IMG/VR virus record: IMGVR_UViG_3300042558_003617
Coordinates: 1-64,000 of that record
Source of the DNA: a virus
DNA: 64,000 nt
Direction: 5' to 3' (one strand)
Below the pieces are notes generated by a model that saw nothing but the letters and a program-made list of their open reading frames with translations, was not told the origin of the DNA and searched no databases. Position numbers and translations under genes: made by a program. Below, piece by piece: positions 55,189-64,000 of this stretch (the stretch's first letter is position 1; each line of letters begins with the position of its first letter).

Positions 55189-55892
55189 TCGAAGTCATAT
55201 ACACACTGATTACAACTCACATTACTATCTTAAGTGTTACTTTATTTTTGCACAGAGGCCAAGCACACAGAGGGATTGTGTTTCACCCTGTACTAGAACA
55301 TTTTATGCGAGCCTGGCTATGGCTCACCACAGGCATGGTCACCAAGCAATGGGTTGCCATTCATCGTAAACATCATAGATTTACCGAACAACCGGGTGAT
55401 CCACATAGCCCGCATGTGTACGGCATTAGCCGGGTGTTTTTTCGAGGAGCAGGGTTGTACCACCAAGCCAGCAAAGACACAGACATGGTCAACACTTATG
55501 GGCCAGGCACCCCAGATGATTGGGTAGAACGAAATGTATATTCCAAGCACAGTCGCTTGGGAATTGCTTTGTTATTGGGTGTAAATTTACTTTGCTTTTC
55601 CTGGTGGGGATTATTGATCTGGGTGATACAGATGTTATGGATTCCTTTTTGGGCAGCTGGGTTTATCAATGGAATTGGCCACTGGGCCGGCTATCGGAAT
55701 AGCAACACCAAGGACCGCAGTTATAACATTGTGCCCTGGGGAATCATTGTTGGTGGTGAGGAATTGCACAATAATCACCACCATGCGCCAGCAAATCCAA
55801 AACTAAGTCAACGATGGTTTGAATTTGACCTAGGTTGGGCTTGGTTCAAGATATTTGAAAAATTGAAATTAGCAAACGTTAGAATTGCCTAG
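55185..55892 (+). CDS. Membrane fatty acid (delta-9-type) desaturase
   Basis: Three His boxes: HRGQAH, HRKHH, HNNHH. Confidence 0.93.
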   Translation: MIEVIYTLITTHITILSVTLFLHRGQAHRGIVFHPVLEHFMRAWLWLTTGMVTKQWVAIHRKHHRFTEQPGDPHSPHVYGISRVFFRGAGLYHQASKDTDMVNTYGPGTPDDWVERNVYSKHSRLGIALLLGVNLLCFSWWGLLIWVIQMLWIPFWAAGFINGIGHWAGYRNSNTKDRSYNIVPWGIIVGGEELHNNHHHAPANPKLSQRWFEFDLGWAWFKIFEKLKLANVRIA

Positions 55893-56580
55893 CAATAGAT
55901 TCAGCTTCAGGAATGCGTGTATGTGTGTTCTTGCTGCCCAGTAATACCACAATTCGTCGACCAACATTGGTATCCAGCATCATGACAATGCATCCGCCGC
56001 TGGCACGGATGTAACCAGTTTTACTCACTAAGAAATTGTATTTGTCAACAATTGGGTTGGTGTTATTGATCACTACCCACTTTGCACGAGTGTGAATTTT
56101 AGTTTGCCTGATGTTGCTAGCATTGATGATTTCTTGGTAGCGAGATGATTCTATTACCATCTTTACCAGGTCAGATGCAGTGCTAATATTCATTATGTTA
56201 AGGCCAGTGGAGTCAATGAATCTAGTGCTGGTCATACCAAGTTGTTGAGCTTTGCGATTCATTTCCTTAACACAAGAATTGCGAAAACCATCATAGTTAT
56301 CACACAGTACCTGCGTTGCTTGATTGTCACTTTTTATTAATGCCAGTTTGATCAGTGCTCGACGAGTGTATGTTCCCAGCAGTTCATCAAGATCTTGTTG
56401 CTTGTCCAAAATCACCATGACTGTCATCAGTTTGGTGATGCTAGCAATACTGCGAGATTCTTGACTGTTGTTGCTGTGAAGTACGTGGCCATCACTATCT
56501 GCTACCAACCAACTTTTGGCAGTCATTGCAAAGGCTGCGGGACAGGCCAGCATGGCAATAGTGAGTAAAAATTTAATCAT
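55879..56580 (-). CDS. D-alanyl-D-alanine peptidase (S11, PBP7-like), secreted
   Basis: Signal peptide; SITK (SxxK), SDN (SxN), KTG. Confidence 0.92.
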   Translation of the reverse strand: MIKFLLTIAMLACPAAFAMTAKSWLVADSDGHVLHSNNSQESRSIASITKLMTVMVILDKQQDLDELLGTYTRRALIKLALIKSDNQATQVLCDNYDGFRNSCVKEMNRKAQQLGMTSTRFIDSTGLNIMNISTASDLVKMVIESSRYQEIINASNIRQTKIHTRAKWVVINNTNPIVDKYNFLVSKTGYIRASGGCIVMMLDTNVGRRIVVLLGSKNTHTRIPEAESIARQF

Positions 56581-56639
56581 CAAATTGATTATAACTGAAC
56601 TGTTGCCAGCATACACTGATATTGAACAAACTCAGAGTC

Positions 56640-58694
56640 TTACTTGCTTGTGGCTCTAAACACACCGTCCCAATCGCCGGGCAAGTTGGCCACACGCATT
56701 TCTGCAATACGTTCAACCCATAATTCGTAGTAATGGGTCATTTTTCCGTCAAATTCATCCTTGATGGTTTCAATCAAGGCAAGAGTCTTGTCCCACTGCT
56801 GTTTACGATAGTATTCTAACATCAAGTCGTGAATCTCTTTGGCATGATTCCATTTGGACATTTCCTCAGCGGTGGGATTGTAGAACACTGTGTATATGGT
56901 TACACCTTCTTTTTTGCCCTTGACTGCAATACAGTCTAGTTCAATTGTGAAATAATCAGTGCCCAATCGTTCAGCAGTGGCTGGGCCTAACACAATTAAA
57001 ACTCCGTAATTTTTACTTTGTCCTTCGAGCCTACTAGCCAAGTTAACAGCGTCTCCAAGGCAGGTGTAATCAAACCTTTGTTCGCCGCCCATGTTGCCAA
57101 CCACAACAACCCCAGTATTACAACCGATCCCAAGACCAAAAGGAGGCACGCCTTCTTCAGCAATTTCATCATTAAATATTTTAACGGCATCCAACATCTC
57201 CAGTGCAGCCTTAACAGAATCTTTCGCATGTTTAGTATTATCTAACGGTGCGTTCCAAAATGACATTGTAGCATCACCGATGTATTTGTCAAGTGTGCCT
57301 TCGTTTTCAAGAATGACTTTGGTTACCACAGTCATATAACGATTCATGATTTTGGTTAGACCTTGTACATCTTTACCATAGTGTTCACTAATACTAGTAA
57401 AGCCACGCACATCGCTAAACTGAATTGTCAAGTCTTGTTCTGTTCCGCCTAGAACCAGTAAACTAGGATCCTTGACCAACTTGGCCACAAGATCTGGACT
57501 CAAGTAACTACCGAACTGTTTCTTGATCTGTTGCTTTTGCAAAAACTCACTCACAAACTTTACCATAAAGGCATGCAAAGCGACCAAGCCAATGCCAACT
57601 GCAAAGGCAGCACTATCGAATAAGAATAGGTAATGGCTATAAGCAAACATACTGCCAGCAATGACGCTGCCAATCGTAACCACAGTTGCCGCAATGCCCA
57701 CATAAGTCCACCTCATTAAAAAGATTAATAAAATGCCAGCCAATGCAATGCTGACTATTTCTAGCTCATCGGCGTATCCAGGACGTTGAATTGATGTGCC
57801 ACTCAACATTGTGCCTAACAAACTAGCCTGTAGTTCTTGTGGCCAAATTTCACCTCGACTGGTTGCAATTGGGTTTACAAGTCCTGCCGCACTCAGACCA
57901 ACAATGACAATTTCGCCATTGAAGTCCTTGGGCAAATCAGCCAGACTATGTTGTGAGGGACGCTGGCTCCAATCAATCCAAACACGGCTTAGCGGGTCCA
58001 CTGTGATTTTGTTTAGCTTGGGAACCCTAAGTGCCTCTACACCCATGTCTGTGATTTTAACTTGTATCTTTGTGTCGCCTGCTGCCAGCCTCAAAGTTTC
58101 CAATGCCAAACTAGGATGTATAGTGTCTTGGCTCATGATCAACAAAGGCATACGTCGAACAACGCCGTCAATCTCTGGGAATGTATTAACGACTCCAACA
58201 CCGGCTGCACGTTCTTCTAGCATGGGAACGTTGGCAATGATACCAGGATACTCTACCAACGTGCCGTGTGCATCTTGACCCACAACTTGAACAGCTGATC
58301 CAAATGTAGTGTTTTTACTTTTGGAACCAGCCACTTGAGGCAACACAGTGGCGTATTGTCCAAGAGCTTTGCTCAGTTGAACATCGCCACCAAATCTGTC
58401 AGACTCGGGCATGAGCACGTTAAACACAACCAATCCAGCATTGCGCTTGTAAAGATCTTCAATGATGGCAGCATAGGTTGTTCGCGGGAATGGAAATTGT
58501 CCATATTTGTCCAATGCCGCTTCGTCGATGTTTACTGTGTGTACTGGTATTTCTTTGGCAGGTTGGCTGGTAACCAATTGGTCAAAGTAGCGTAGTCTCA
58601 CGCTTTCAACAAATGTAGGATCCCAGGCACGTACCAGCATCACTATTAACAAGGTGAGCAAGGCAGTCCATGGGTTTAGTAATACTTTTTTCAT
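56640..58694 (-). CDS. CHASE2-domain membrane class III adenylate cyclase
   Basis: CHASE2 'DGVVRR.PL', TM helices, 'FSDVRGFT', 'DKYIGDA', 'GDAVNLASRLE'. Confidence 0.93.
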   Translation of the reverse strand: MKKVLLNPWTALLTLLIVMLVRAWDPTFVESVRLRYFDQLVTSQPAKEIPVHTVNIDEAALDKYGQFPFPRTTYAAIIEDLYKRNAGLVVFNVLMPESDRFGGDVQLSKALGQYATVLPQVAGSKSKNTTFGSAVQVVGQDAHGTLVEYPGIIANVPMLEERAAGVGVVNTFPEIDGVVRRMPLLIMSQDTIHPSLALETLRLAAGDTKIQVKITDMGVEALRVPKLNKITVDPLSRVWIDWSQRPSQHSLADLPKDFNGEIVIVGLSAAGLVNPIATSRGEIWPQELQASLLGTMLSGTSIQRPGYADELEIVSIALAGILLIFLMRWTYVGIAATVVTIGSVIAGSMFAYSHYLFLFDSAAFAVGIGLVALHAFMVKFVSEFLQKQQIKKQFGSYLSPDLVAKLVKDPSLLVLGGTEQDLTIQFSDVRGFTSISEHYGKDVQGLTKIMNRYMTVVTKVILENEGTLDKYIGDATMSFWNAPLDNTKHAKDSVKAALEMLDAVKIFNDEIAEEGVPPFGLGIGCNTGVVVVGNMGGEQRFDYTCLGDAVNLASRLEGQSKNYGVLIVLGPATAERLGTDYFTIELDCIAVKGKKEGVTIYTVFYNPTAEEMSKWNHAKEIHDLMLEYYRKQQWDKTLALIETIKDEFDGKMTHYYELWVERIAEMRVANLPGDWDGVFRATSK

Positions 58695-58722
58695 ATAATA
58701 TTTACCTGGTATAAATTTGAAG

Positions 58723-58953
58723 TCACCCGGAAGTTTTAACTACTTCCAGTATGGTAATTTCTAATACTCTATGCTTGCGATAATGCATAAAATTTTTGAA
58801 CTTGGCTTCTATGTCCCGTTGAATGTATTCGTCATGGTAGGGCATGGTGGCCGTGTCTTCGTAAGGCTCGTCGTTTTCGTTTAACGCTATGAAGCTGAGC
58901 TTGACTGTGCCTTGTTCTGGCTCTTTAAACATTTTAACAAGTTTACTGAGCAT
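58723..58953 (-). CDS. Small hypothetical protein
   Basis: 76 aa from MLSKL. Confidence 0.55.
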   Translation of the reverse strand: MLSKLVKMFKEPEQGTVKLSFIALNENDEPYEDTATMPYHDEYIQRDIEAKFKNFMHYRKHRVLEITILEVVKTSG

Positions 58954-58961
58954 AAGAATAG

Positions 58962-60353
58962 TTATTGTCCTTGTGTTACACTCACACTGCATCCCGAAAG
59001 TGTGGCACACTGTTGTGTAATGTTGATGTTTTGTGCTGTGGCACCCTGCTGAACAAGTGTGACATTACTAGCACCACCTGCATTGGTCAAATTAATTGTG
59101 GCTTTGTGACTGCCAGCATCCTTTTGATTGGCACTGACATTATGTCCGTTACCTGTTAAACTTAGATCAAGGAAACTTCCTGTACCCTGTTGTGAGATAT
59201 CAAATATGTTGGTACTGCCGTTAATAATACCAAAGAATGTTTTCTCGCCGTTGCCTGTTTGTTTTAGTGTTCCGTTGTTGTTATTTCCTGTAACATCAAC
59301 ATAGGCAAAGTGCCCACTAGTGGAGCCGCCATCGTTGGCTTGTTTTAGGCTCAATGTGTTGGTACTGCCGCTGATGTTTAGACCCATATAATGCCCGCCG
59401 CTCTCGCTAGCATCTTGTAGGCCTGTTGTAGGATTACGTGCTTGCCAGAGTGAGATATTGTTTGTATTGCCTGCGATGTTAAATTCAATCAAGTTCTTGC
59501 CCAATGTGTCGCCTTGCTTGATGTTGATAGTATTGCTGTCACCATTGATAACAGCATAGTTGGTGCCACCTAGTCCTGCAATTTTGTTATAGTTACCAGT
59601 TTGTTCAACAGTTACAGAGTTACTACTGCTACCAATTTTTTGATCAATGTAAACGCTGTTACCTATTGTAAGATTATTATCTCTTGTTTTGGCAGCATTT
59701 CGTTGTGTAATCTGTGATGCAGTTATGTCACTATTCTCTGGCCAGGTGGGTGCGGCAGTACCCCCACCTCCTCCAGAGGATGCTGTTTGTCCAGCAGCCA
59801 AAGGCGTTGAACTAGGTGGTGTATATGCTTGTAATTGTGCATTTGATGGATATTCTTGTGTTACAGCCCAACTACCACTGCTACCGTTGGTGTATCCTTG
59901 TCCGGTAGTGATAAGTGTTCCCCACATCCCATTTCCATTGTAGAATATAGCGCCATTGGCTAATGCTCTGAACGATCCTGTATTGTTGATTATTTTATAT
60001 TTTGTACCATCACTGTTAAACACAGCCATGCCATATGTCCCAGGATTGGTTGTGCTAGCAAAGAATCCAATATATCTTCCGTTACTACCGGCATCAGCAG
60101 TTTGCGCCGCCGTCCATCTTGCCGCGCTGGCTGTTTGTGTGGAATAATTTATAGATGCATAGATGTAGTTAAACCCGCTGGCATATAACGTACCTCCCGA
60201 TACATACCACTGTACATCAAATATCTGTGCTGTACTAAGTTTTAAGTCTGTAATTGCGGCCTGCGAGCATTTGGAAATACTCATTAGAAATACTGCAACA
60301 ATTAACCATGCCCAGTATTTTGGTCTTGCTGAATAAAAAATATTTTTAATCAT
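58962..60353 (-). CDS. Secreted protein with C-terminal curlin-like repeats
   Basis: Signal peptide; repeated 'I.G..N...I.Q.G' beta-solenoid units. Confidence 0.7.
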   Translation of the reverse strand: MIKNIFYSARPKYWAWLIVAVFLMSISKCSQAAITDLKLSTAQIFDVQWYVSGGTLYASGFNYIYASINYSTQTASAARWTAAQTADAGSNGRYIGFFASTTNPGTYGMAVFNSDGTKYKIINNTGSFRALANGAIFYNGNGMWGTLITTGQGYTNGSSGSWAVTQEYPSNAQLQAYTPPSSTPLAAGQTASSGGGGGTAAPTWPENSDITASQITQRNAAKTRDNNLTIGNSVYIDQKIGSSSNSVTVEQTGNYNKIAGLGGTNYAVINGDSNTINIKQGDTLGKNLIEFNIAGNTNNISLWQARNPTTGLQDASESGGHYMGLNISGSTNTLSLKQANDGGSTSGHFAYVDVTGNNNNGTLKQTGNGEKTFFGIINGSTNIFDISQQGTGSFLDLSLTGNGHNVSANQKDAGSHKATINLTNAGGASNVTLVQQGATAQNINITQQCATLSGCSVSVTQGQ

Positions 60354-61522
60354 CTGTAGTTCTGATTGATAACAATCTGTCCTATAGTTTTTCCTGTGCC
60401 AAAGTTGTAACTGGTAGTCTGCATATCTTGTGTGACAATAACTTGCACTTTGGTATCTAGTGGTATAATAACGTTGGTATAGTTTCGGCTATTAGGACTT
60501 AGACTCTCATACAACCATCCAACTTGTTGTGTTTCACTTTGATCTTTGAATAGTTTTTTAACATAGGGATTATCAGTGTCGCTCAAAGAAGCCACAGCAT
60601 TGGCTAAAGCGTCTTTATTTCCGGGAGTATCAACGCCAACTTTGGTTCCTTTAGCAGTGTCTTCGTCATCTTCGTTGGCACTACGACCTTGTTTGTAAGA
60701 TCTATTACCACCACCACCTTCTTGCTTGCCTGCTACTTGTTGCTTCTCTTGATCCTTGGCATCATCTTTTTCATCTCGCTTGTCTCTATTATCAGAGCGT
60801 TTAGCATCACCTGTAGCCACGGCAGCGGCACGAGCAGCGGCAATGACATTTACTCCGGTAGTTGTTTGTGGAGGACTGACCATCAAGTTGTTGCCAATGG
60901 CCATGCCATTAAGGGCTACAATAACAGCAGGGCTTGGCATGCCGTTTAGTGTTTCAACTAGAGTGGCTTGATAAGGACGGTTTAGTTTAACTATGCCTGC
61001 TGGTGTTTCTACATCGATAGCACCGCTACCACAGCTAAGACCTTTCAAGTTGATGTTTTGTTCAATTTCGCAAGTGGGCATCAGCATGATCATACTGGCA
61101 CCTGTTTCGCTTACTGCCATGACAAAGTCAGTACCGCGAACAGCAATGGCTGCTGTGGGTGTGTTGATTTTTACGTTTTTGGGATCTTTGGCAATGCTAC
61201 CTGATACGTAGCGAACTGTGCCTGCGGCTGCCTTGAGTCCCAGCTTACCGGCACCGCTTTTGGGATCATAAACAAAATCATCAATAACAAGGCTACTCGA
61301 CTCAGTAACAGTGACATTTGTATCGTCTTTAAAAACAATCTTGACTCGACCGTTTTTAGTTTCAACTCGGTCATTGGTTTTGATTTCTGTGCCTTTTGCA
61401 ATTTGAATTGTATCTTTACCGCGTTTGATGATAGCAGTGCCAGAGGCTTCTGTAACAGAGCCAATGTCCGCCCATGCTGAACTGGCTATTAGTAAGCCCG
61501 CGATAAGAGAGGCAACTCTCAT
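60350..61522 (-). CDS. Secreted FecR-domain protein
   Basis: 'I.F.DD.....ESS.L.ID', 'INTPTAAIAVRGTDF'. Confidence 0.85.
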   Translation of the reverse strand: MRVASLIAGLLIASSAWADIGSVTEASGTAIIKRGKDTIQIAKGTEIKTNDRVETKNGRVKIVFKDDTNVTVTESSSLVIDDFVYDPKSGAGKLGLKAAAGTVRYVSGSIAKDPKNVKINTPTAAIAVRGTDFVMAVSETGASMIMLMPTCEIEQNINLKGLSCGSGAIDVETPAGIVKLNRPYQATLVETLNGMPSPAVIVALNGMAIGNNLMVSPPQTTTGVNVIAAARAAAVATGDAKRSDNRDKRDEKDDAKDQEKQQVAGKQEGGGGNRSYKQGRSANEDDEDTAKGTKVGVDTPGNKDALANAVASLSDTDNPYVKKLFKDQSETQQVGWLYESLSPNSRNYTNVIIPLDTKVQVIVTQDMQTTSYNFGTGKTIGQIVINQNYR

Positions 61523-61531
61523 TGTTGCCCC

Positions 61532-62320
61532 TTAGTTCTTCTGCGTTATATTAAACATGCCTGAATTAGACACGCTCTTGATATTGATAACATTGTCAAT
61601 AGTACCAGTCTGGCTCATTGTAAATGTGTTGCTATTACCTGCAACATCAACCCAGATGCTAGAACCAGTAGCACCTGTTGAACGTTGATTGATATCAAAT
61701 GTGTTAGTATCACCAACTACTTTGATAGTTTGACTGTGCTTGTCACCGATTGCATCAATTCGAAAAAGGTTGCTGTTACCAGTTACATCAACTGCACTTT
61801 TTAGATCAGCACCTGTACCACGGAATTGTAGATCATTGCTGTTACCGGTGAACTTCCAGTTTAGGTCAGCAGCATTACAGCCTGTTAGGGCTGTTCCACC
61901 TGTTGAAGCTGTGCCGTATCCACAGGCTGCATCAACTCGATTGCTATCACCAATCTGTTGAATGGTGACATTAACTCCTTTACCAGAGCCTGTTGTATCA
62001 TTGACTGCTTCTAGACTGATGTCATTGTTAACACCAATTTGGCGAGTAACGATTTTTTGATCAATGCCGCGTAGGTACACAGGTCTGCCGCCAGATCCAG
62101 CTTTGTTACCTGTACCATCTTGTGTCATGTTGACGTTGGGATTGTCACCGCTTTGGTCAATAAAGATACGGTTAGTTGTGGCAATGGCCAGTGCGGCTGT
62201 TGCGTTAGGACTAACTGTAGCCATGTTTGGAATCACCGGCGCACTTGGTGCTGTGACCGCAGTCTGTGCCATTGCAGGTAATGATACTGCTAGTAAAATT
62301 GCTAATATTGTTTTTTTCAT
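61532..62320 (-). CDS. Curlin-like secreted protein (CsgA/CsgB-like)
   Basis: Signal peptide; Q.G..N / G..N repeats about 22-24 aa apart. Confidence 0.7.
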   Translation of the reverse strand: MKKTILAILLAVSLPAMAQTAVTAPSAPVIPNMATVSPNATAALAIATTNRIFIDQSGDNPNVNMTQDGTGNKAGSGGRPVYLRGIDQKIVTRQIGVNNDISLEAVNDTTGSGKGVNVTIQQIGDSNRVDAACGYGTASTGGTALTGCNAADLNWKFTGNSNDLQFRGTGADLKSAVDVTGNSNLFRIDAIGDKHSQTIKVVGDTNTFDINQRSTGATGSSIWVDVAGNSNTFTMSQTGTIDNVINIKSVSNSGMFNITQKN

Positions 62321-62350
62321 TTTTGTTCTCCCGGTTTTTTACCGATGTTA

Positions 62351-63289
62351 TTATTTCCAGAACTGTAGTCTGGACCAGACACTTTTTTCTTTGCTTCCTT
62401 CATCACGCTTTGCGATATCGGACTGTAGTGGAGTGGATGGAGCTTTGGCAGCTCCTTCACGTGGGGTTTCCTTTTGAACCAACTCATTAGATTTCTCCTT
62501 GAATTTCCATAGGCCCGTGCGTTCACCTTTGTTAATCAATTCAATTACTGCTGTTTCAATTGCTGAACGTAGAGCGTAGTTGCCTGGCTCGTTGAATGTT
62601 TGACTTGAGTCAAACTCAAATGCTCGTGTTGCCTGGTTGAAAAATTTCAACGCAGTAGTGCCATCAGCAGTACTGAGCAAGTTCTTTTCCACTGTAACAG
62701 TGGTTAATACTTCCCCAGTTTGTACACTTACCAAACGTAGGCTGATAACAACCACGTCTTGAGTGTAGGCAGTTTGTGCGCCAATACCCAACCAACGTGC
62801 TCCAGTGCCACCTGTTAGGGTATTGCTGTTGTAATCAATAATGCCACCTTCTAGAATAACACCTGCCATTTGTAGTGGAGGTAACATCTTGGCATTTGCG
62901 CCTTCGTAGATCTCACGTGTCTGTTTGATCATCTGACGTTCTTTTAACAAGTTGTCTAGGCCAACACGTTCAACAACTGTGAACCATTGACGATTGCCGA
63001 CTTCTTGAAGACTCTTCATCAAGTATGCTTCAGCACCTTGTGTAACTGCTGTTGAGAACAAGCTCAACGTTGAACTTGGTTTACGTTGTCCCGTCAGATC
63101 TTTGAAACCATATACAGCCACTGTTACTGCTGGACCTGCCGGTGCTGGTATGTTGGCAAAACTTTTGTTGATTGTTTCGCTGACACGAGCTTCTTCTTTG
63201 ATCTTCGTATCTCCCCAAGGACGTACTGTTGAGCAACCTGCCAAGGCTACAACTGCTAGAGCGATCAAGGATAATTTAATTGTTTTCAT
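62351..63289 (-). CDS. csgG: Curli secretion channel lipoprotein
   Basis: Lipobox LAGC; 'VYGFKDLTGQRK...STAVTQGA...WF.VVER.GL.NLL.ERQ.I', 'EGGII.Y', 'NEP'. Confidence 0.93.
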   Translation of the reverse strand: MKTIKLSLIALAVVALAGCSTVRPWGDTKIKEEARVSETINKSFANIPAPAGPAVTVAVYGFKDLTGQRKPSSTLSLFSTAVTQGAEAYLMKSLQEVGNRQWFTVVERVGLDNLLKERQMIKQTREIYEGANAKMLPPLQMAGVILEGGIIDYNSNTLTGGTGARWLGIGAQTAYTQDVVVISLRLVSVQTGEVLTTVTVEKNLLSTADGTTALKFFNQATRAFEFDSSQTFNEPGNYALRSAIETAVIELINKGERTGLWKFKEKSNELVQKETPREGAAKAPSTPLQSDIAKRDEGSKEKSVWSRLQFWK

Positions 63290-63298
63290 TTTTTCTCC

Positions 63299-63772
63299 TT
63301 AAAAACCAAAACTAGCAATTGGAACTGTAACAGTGGTCACAGTGCCCTTGGCATCTACCACTGTTAATGTAACTCGGTCATTGGCTTTGACCCAGGTTAC
63401 TGTATTGTTGTCTAATTTAAACGTTCCTGTAGTGGGATTTACACAACCGGGAATTGCTGAACCATCTGCGGCTGCACAACGATTTTGAAATAAGTTGTTG
63501 CTTAACTGTGTAGCCAGTTGGGCATATACTTGGCTTTGGAATAGACTCATGAATCTATTCAACGGTGTGTTTAGTAAGTCGGCTTCGGCTTTGGCGATGG
63601 CGGCTTTTTTGTCTGCTTCGATAGCATCACGTCGTGACTTTTCTATTGAATCAATGGTCAATACGTGACTGCTAAATCCAATTCCGCTAAAGGCCGGATT
63701 TTTAAACTGATGAACAAGCTCGGAGTGAGCAACAATCGGGCACAGTAACAAAACCATTAGGATTTTTTTCAT
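63299..63772 (-). CDS. csgF: Curli assembly component CsgF-like
   Basis: Signal peptide then 'SELVHQFKNPAFSG' (CsgF NPxFGG-type motif); adjacent to csgG. Confidence 0.8.
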   Translation of the reverse strand: MKKILMVLLLCPIVAHSELVHQFKNPAFSGIGFSSHVLTIDSIEKSRRDAIEADKKAAIAKAEADLLNTPLNRFMSLFQSQVYAQLATQLSNNLFQNRCAAADGSAIPGCVNPTTGTFKLDNNTVTWVKANDRVTLTVVDAKGTVTTVTVPIASFGF

Positions 63773-63840
63773 TATTAGTATACTCCTAGTATTACTAATA
63801 TTTACTTAAACTAATGTAAAACTTCTGTGCAGAGTTTAAT

Positions 63841-64000
63841 CTAGAACAAGATCCAAGCCGCCAGGCCAAGATATGTAAGTTGGTGCGCTAGTTGATCTAG
63901 GCCGAATTGATTCCAAAATAAAGGTTTGGTTTGATCCTTGATACCAAAATGAACCTTGGCCCAATCAATATGATAATGTATCACACCCTCAATCACAGTG
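63841..64000 (-). CDS. C-terminal part of a DUF3307-like membrane protein (truncated by the window)
   Basis: ...IHYHIDWAK...FWNQFGLDQLAHQLTY...*. Confidence 0.65.
   Translation of the reverse strand, partial: TVIEGVIHYHIDWAKVHFGIKDQTKPLFWNQFGLDQLAHQLTYLGLAAWILF

Noticed and set aside
62317-62526. 69-aa alternative-frame ORF overlapping the csgG 3' end
   Set aside because: It has a plausible SD (AAGGAG before MSWFK) but lies almost wholly inside csgG; it cannot be distinguished from chance or a frameshifted csgG tail without homologues
1-64000. CRISPR array
   Set aside because: No regularly spaced identical direct repeats; the recurring short motifs are tRNA T-arms/CCA ends and promoters
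1-64000. Prophage or mobile-element boundaries, integrase, transposase, introns or inteins
   Set aside because: No such genes or att-like repeats seen; thyX, MoxR and the radical SAM genes look uninterrupted; the bacterial-like genes sit under phage-type promoters

Overview
A 64 kb segment of a large (jumbo-type, T4-like late promoters) lytic dsDNA bacteriophage genome that uses the standard genetic code. Layout: (1) 1-10.3 kb, virion structural genes (huge baseplate/tail protein truncated at the window edge, tail-fibre-like proteins). (2) 10.4-32.5 kb, a dense biosynthetic island: about seven glycosyltransferase-like genes, five clustered radical SAM enzymes with an N-terminal Cys-rich domain, a carbamoyltransferase, an amidinotransferase, a DegT aminotransferase and an epimerase. 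(3) 32.5-44.4 kb, thyX, a MoxR/VWA pair, ACP, an acetyltransferase, a TauD dioxygenase, a permuted two-piece tmRNA, an RNAP omega homologue, a B12-type radical SAM and a YkuK RNase H-like gene. (4) 44.4-54.3 kb, a minus-strand array of 33 tRNA genes interleaved with several unannotated structured RNAs, apparently headed by a leader-peptide attenuator, with an internal boxA-type antitermination signal. (5) 54.3-64 kb, holin-like genes, a desaturase, a PBP7-like peptidase and a curli-type operon (csgF, csgG, two curlin-like proteins, FecR protein, CHASE2 adenylate cyclase). All calls come from manual motif reading; no database searches or folding programs were run.
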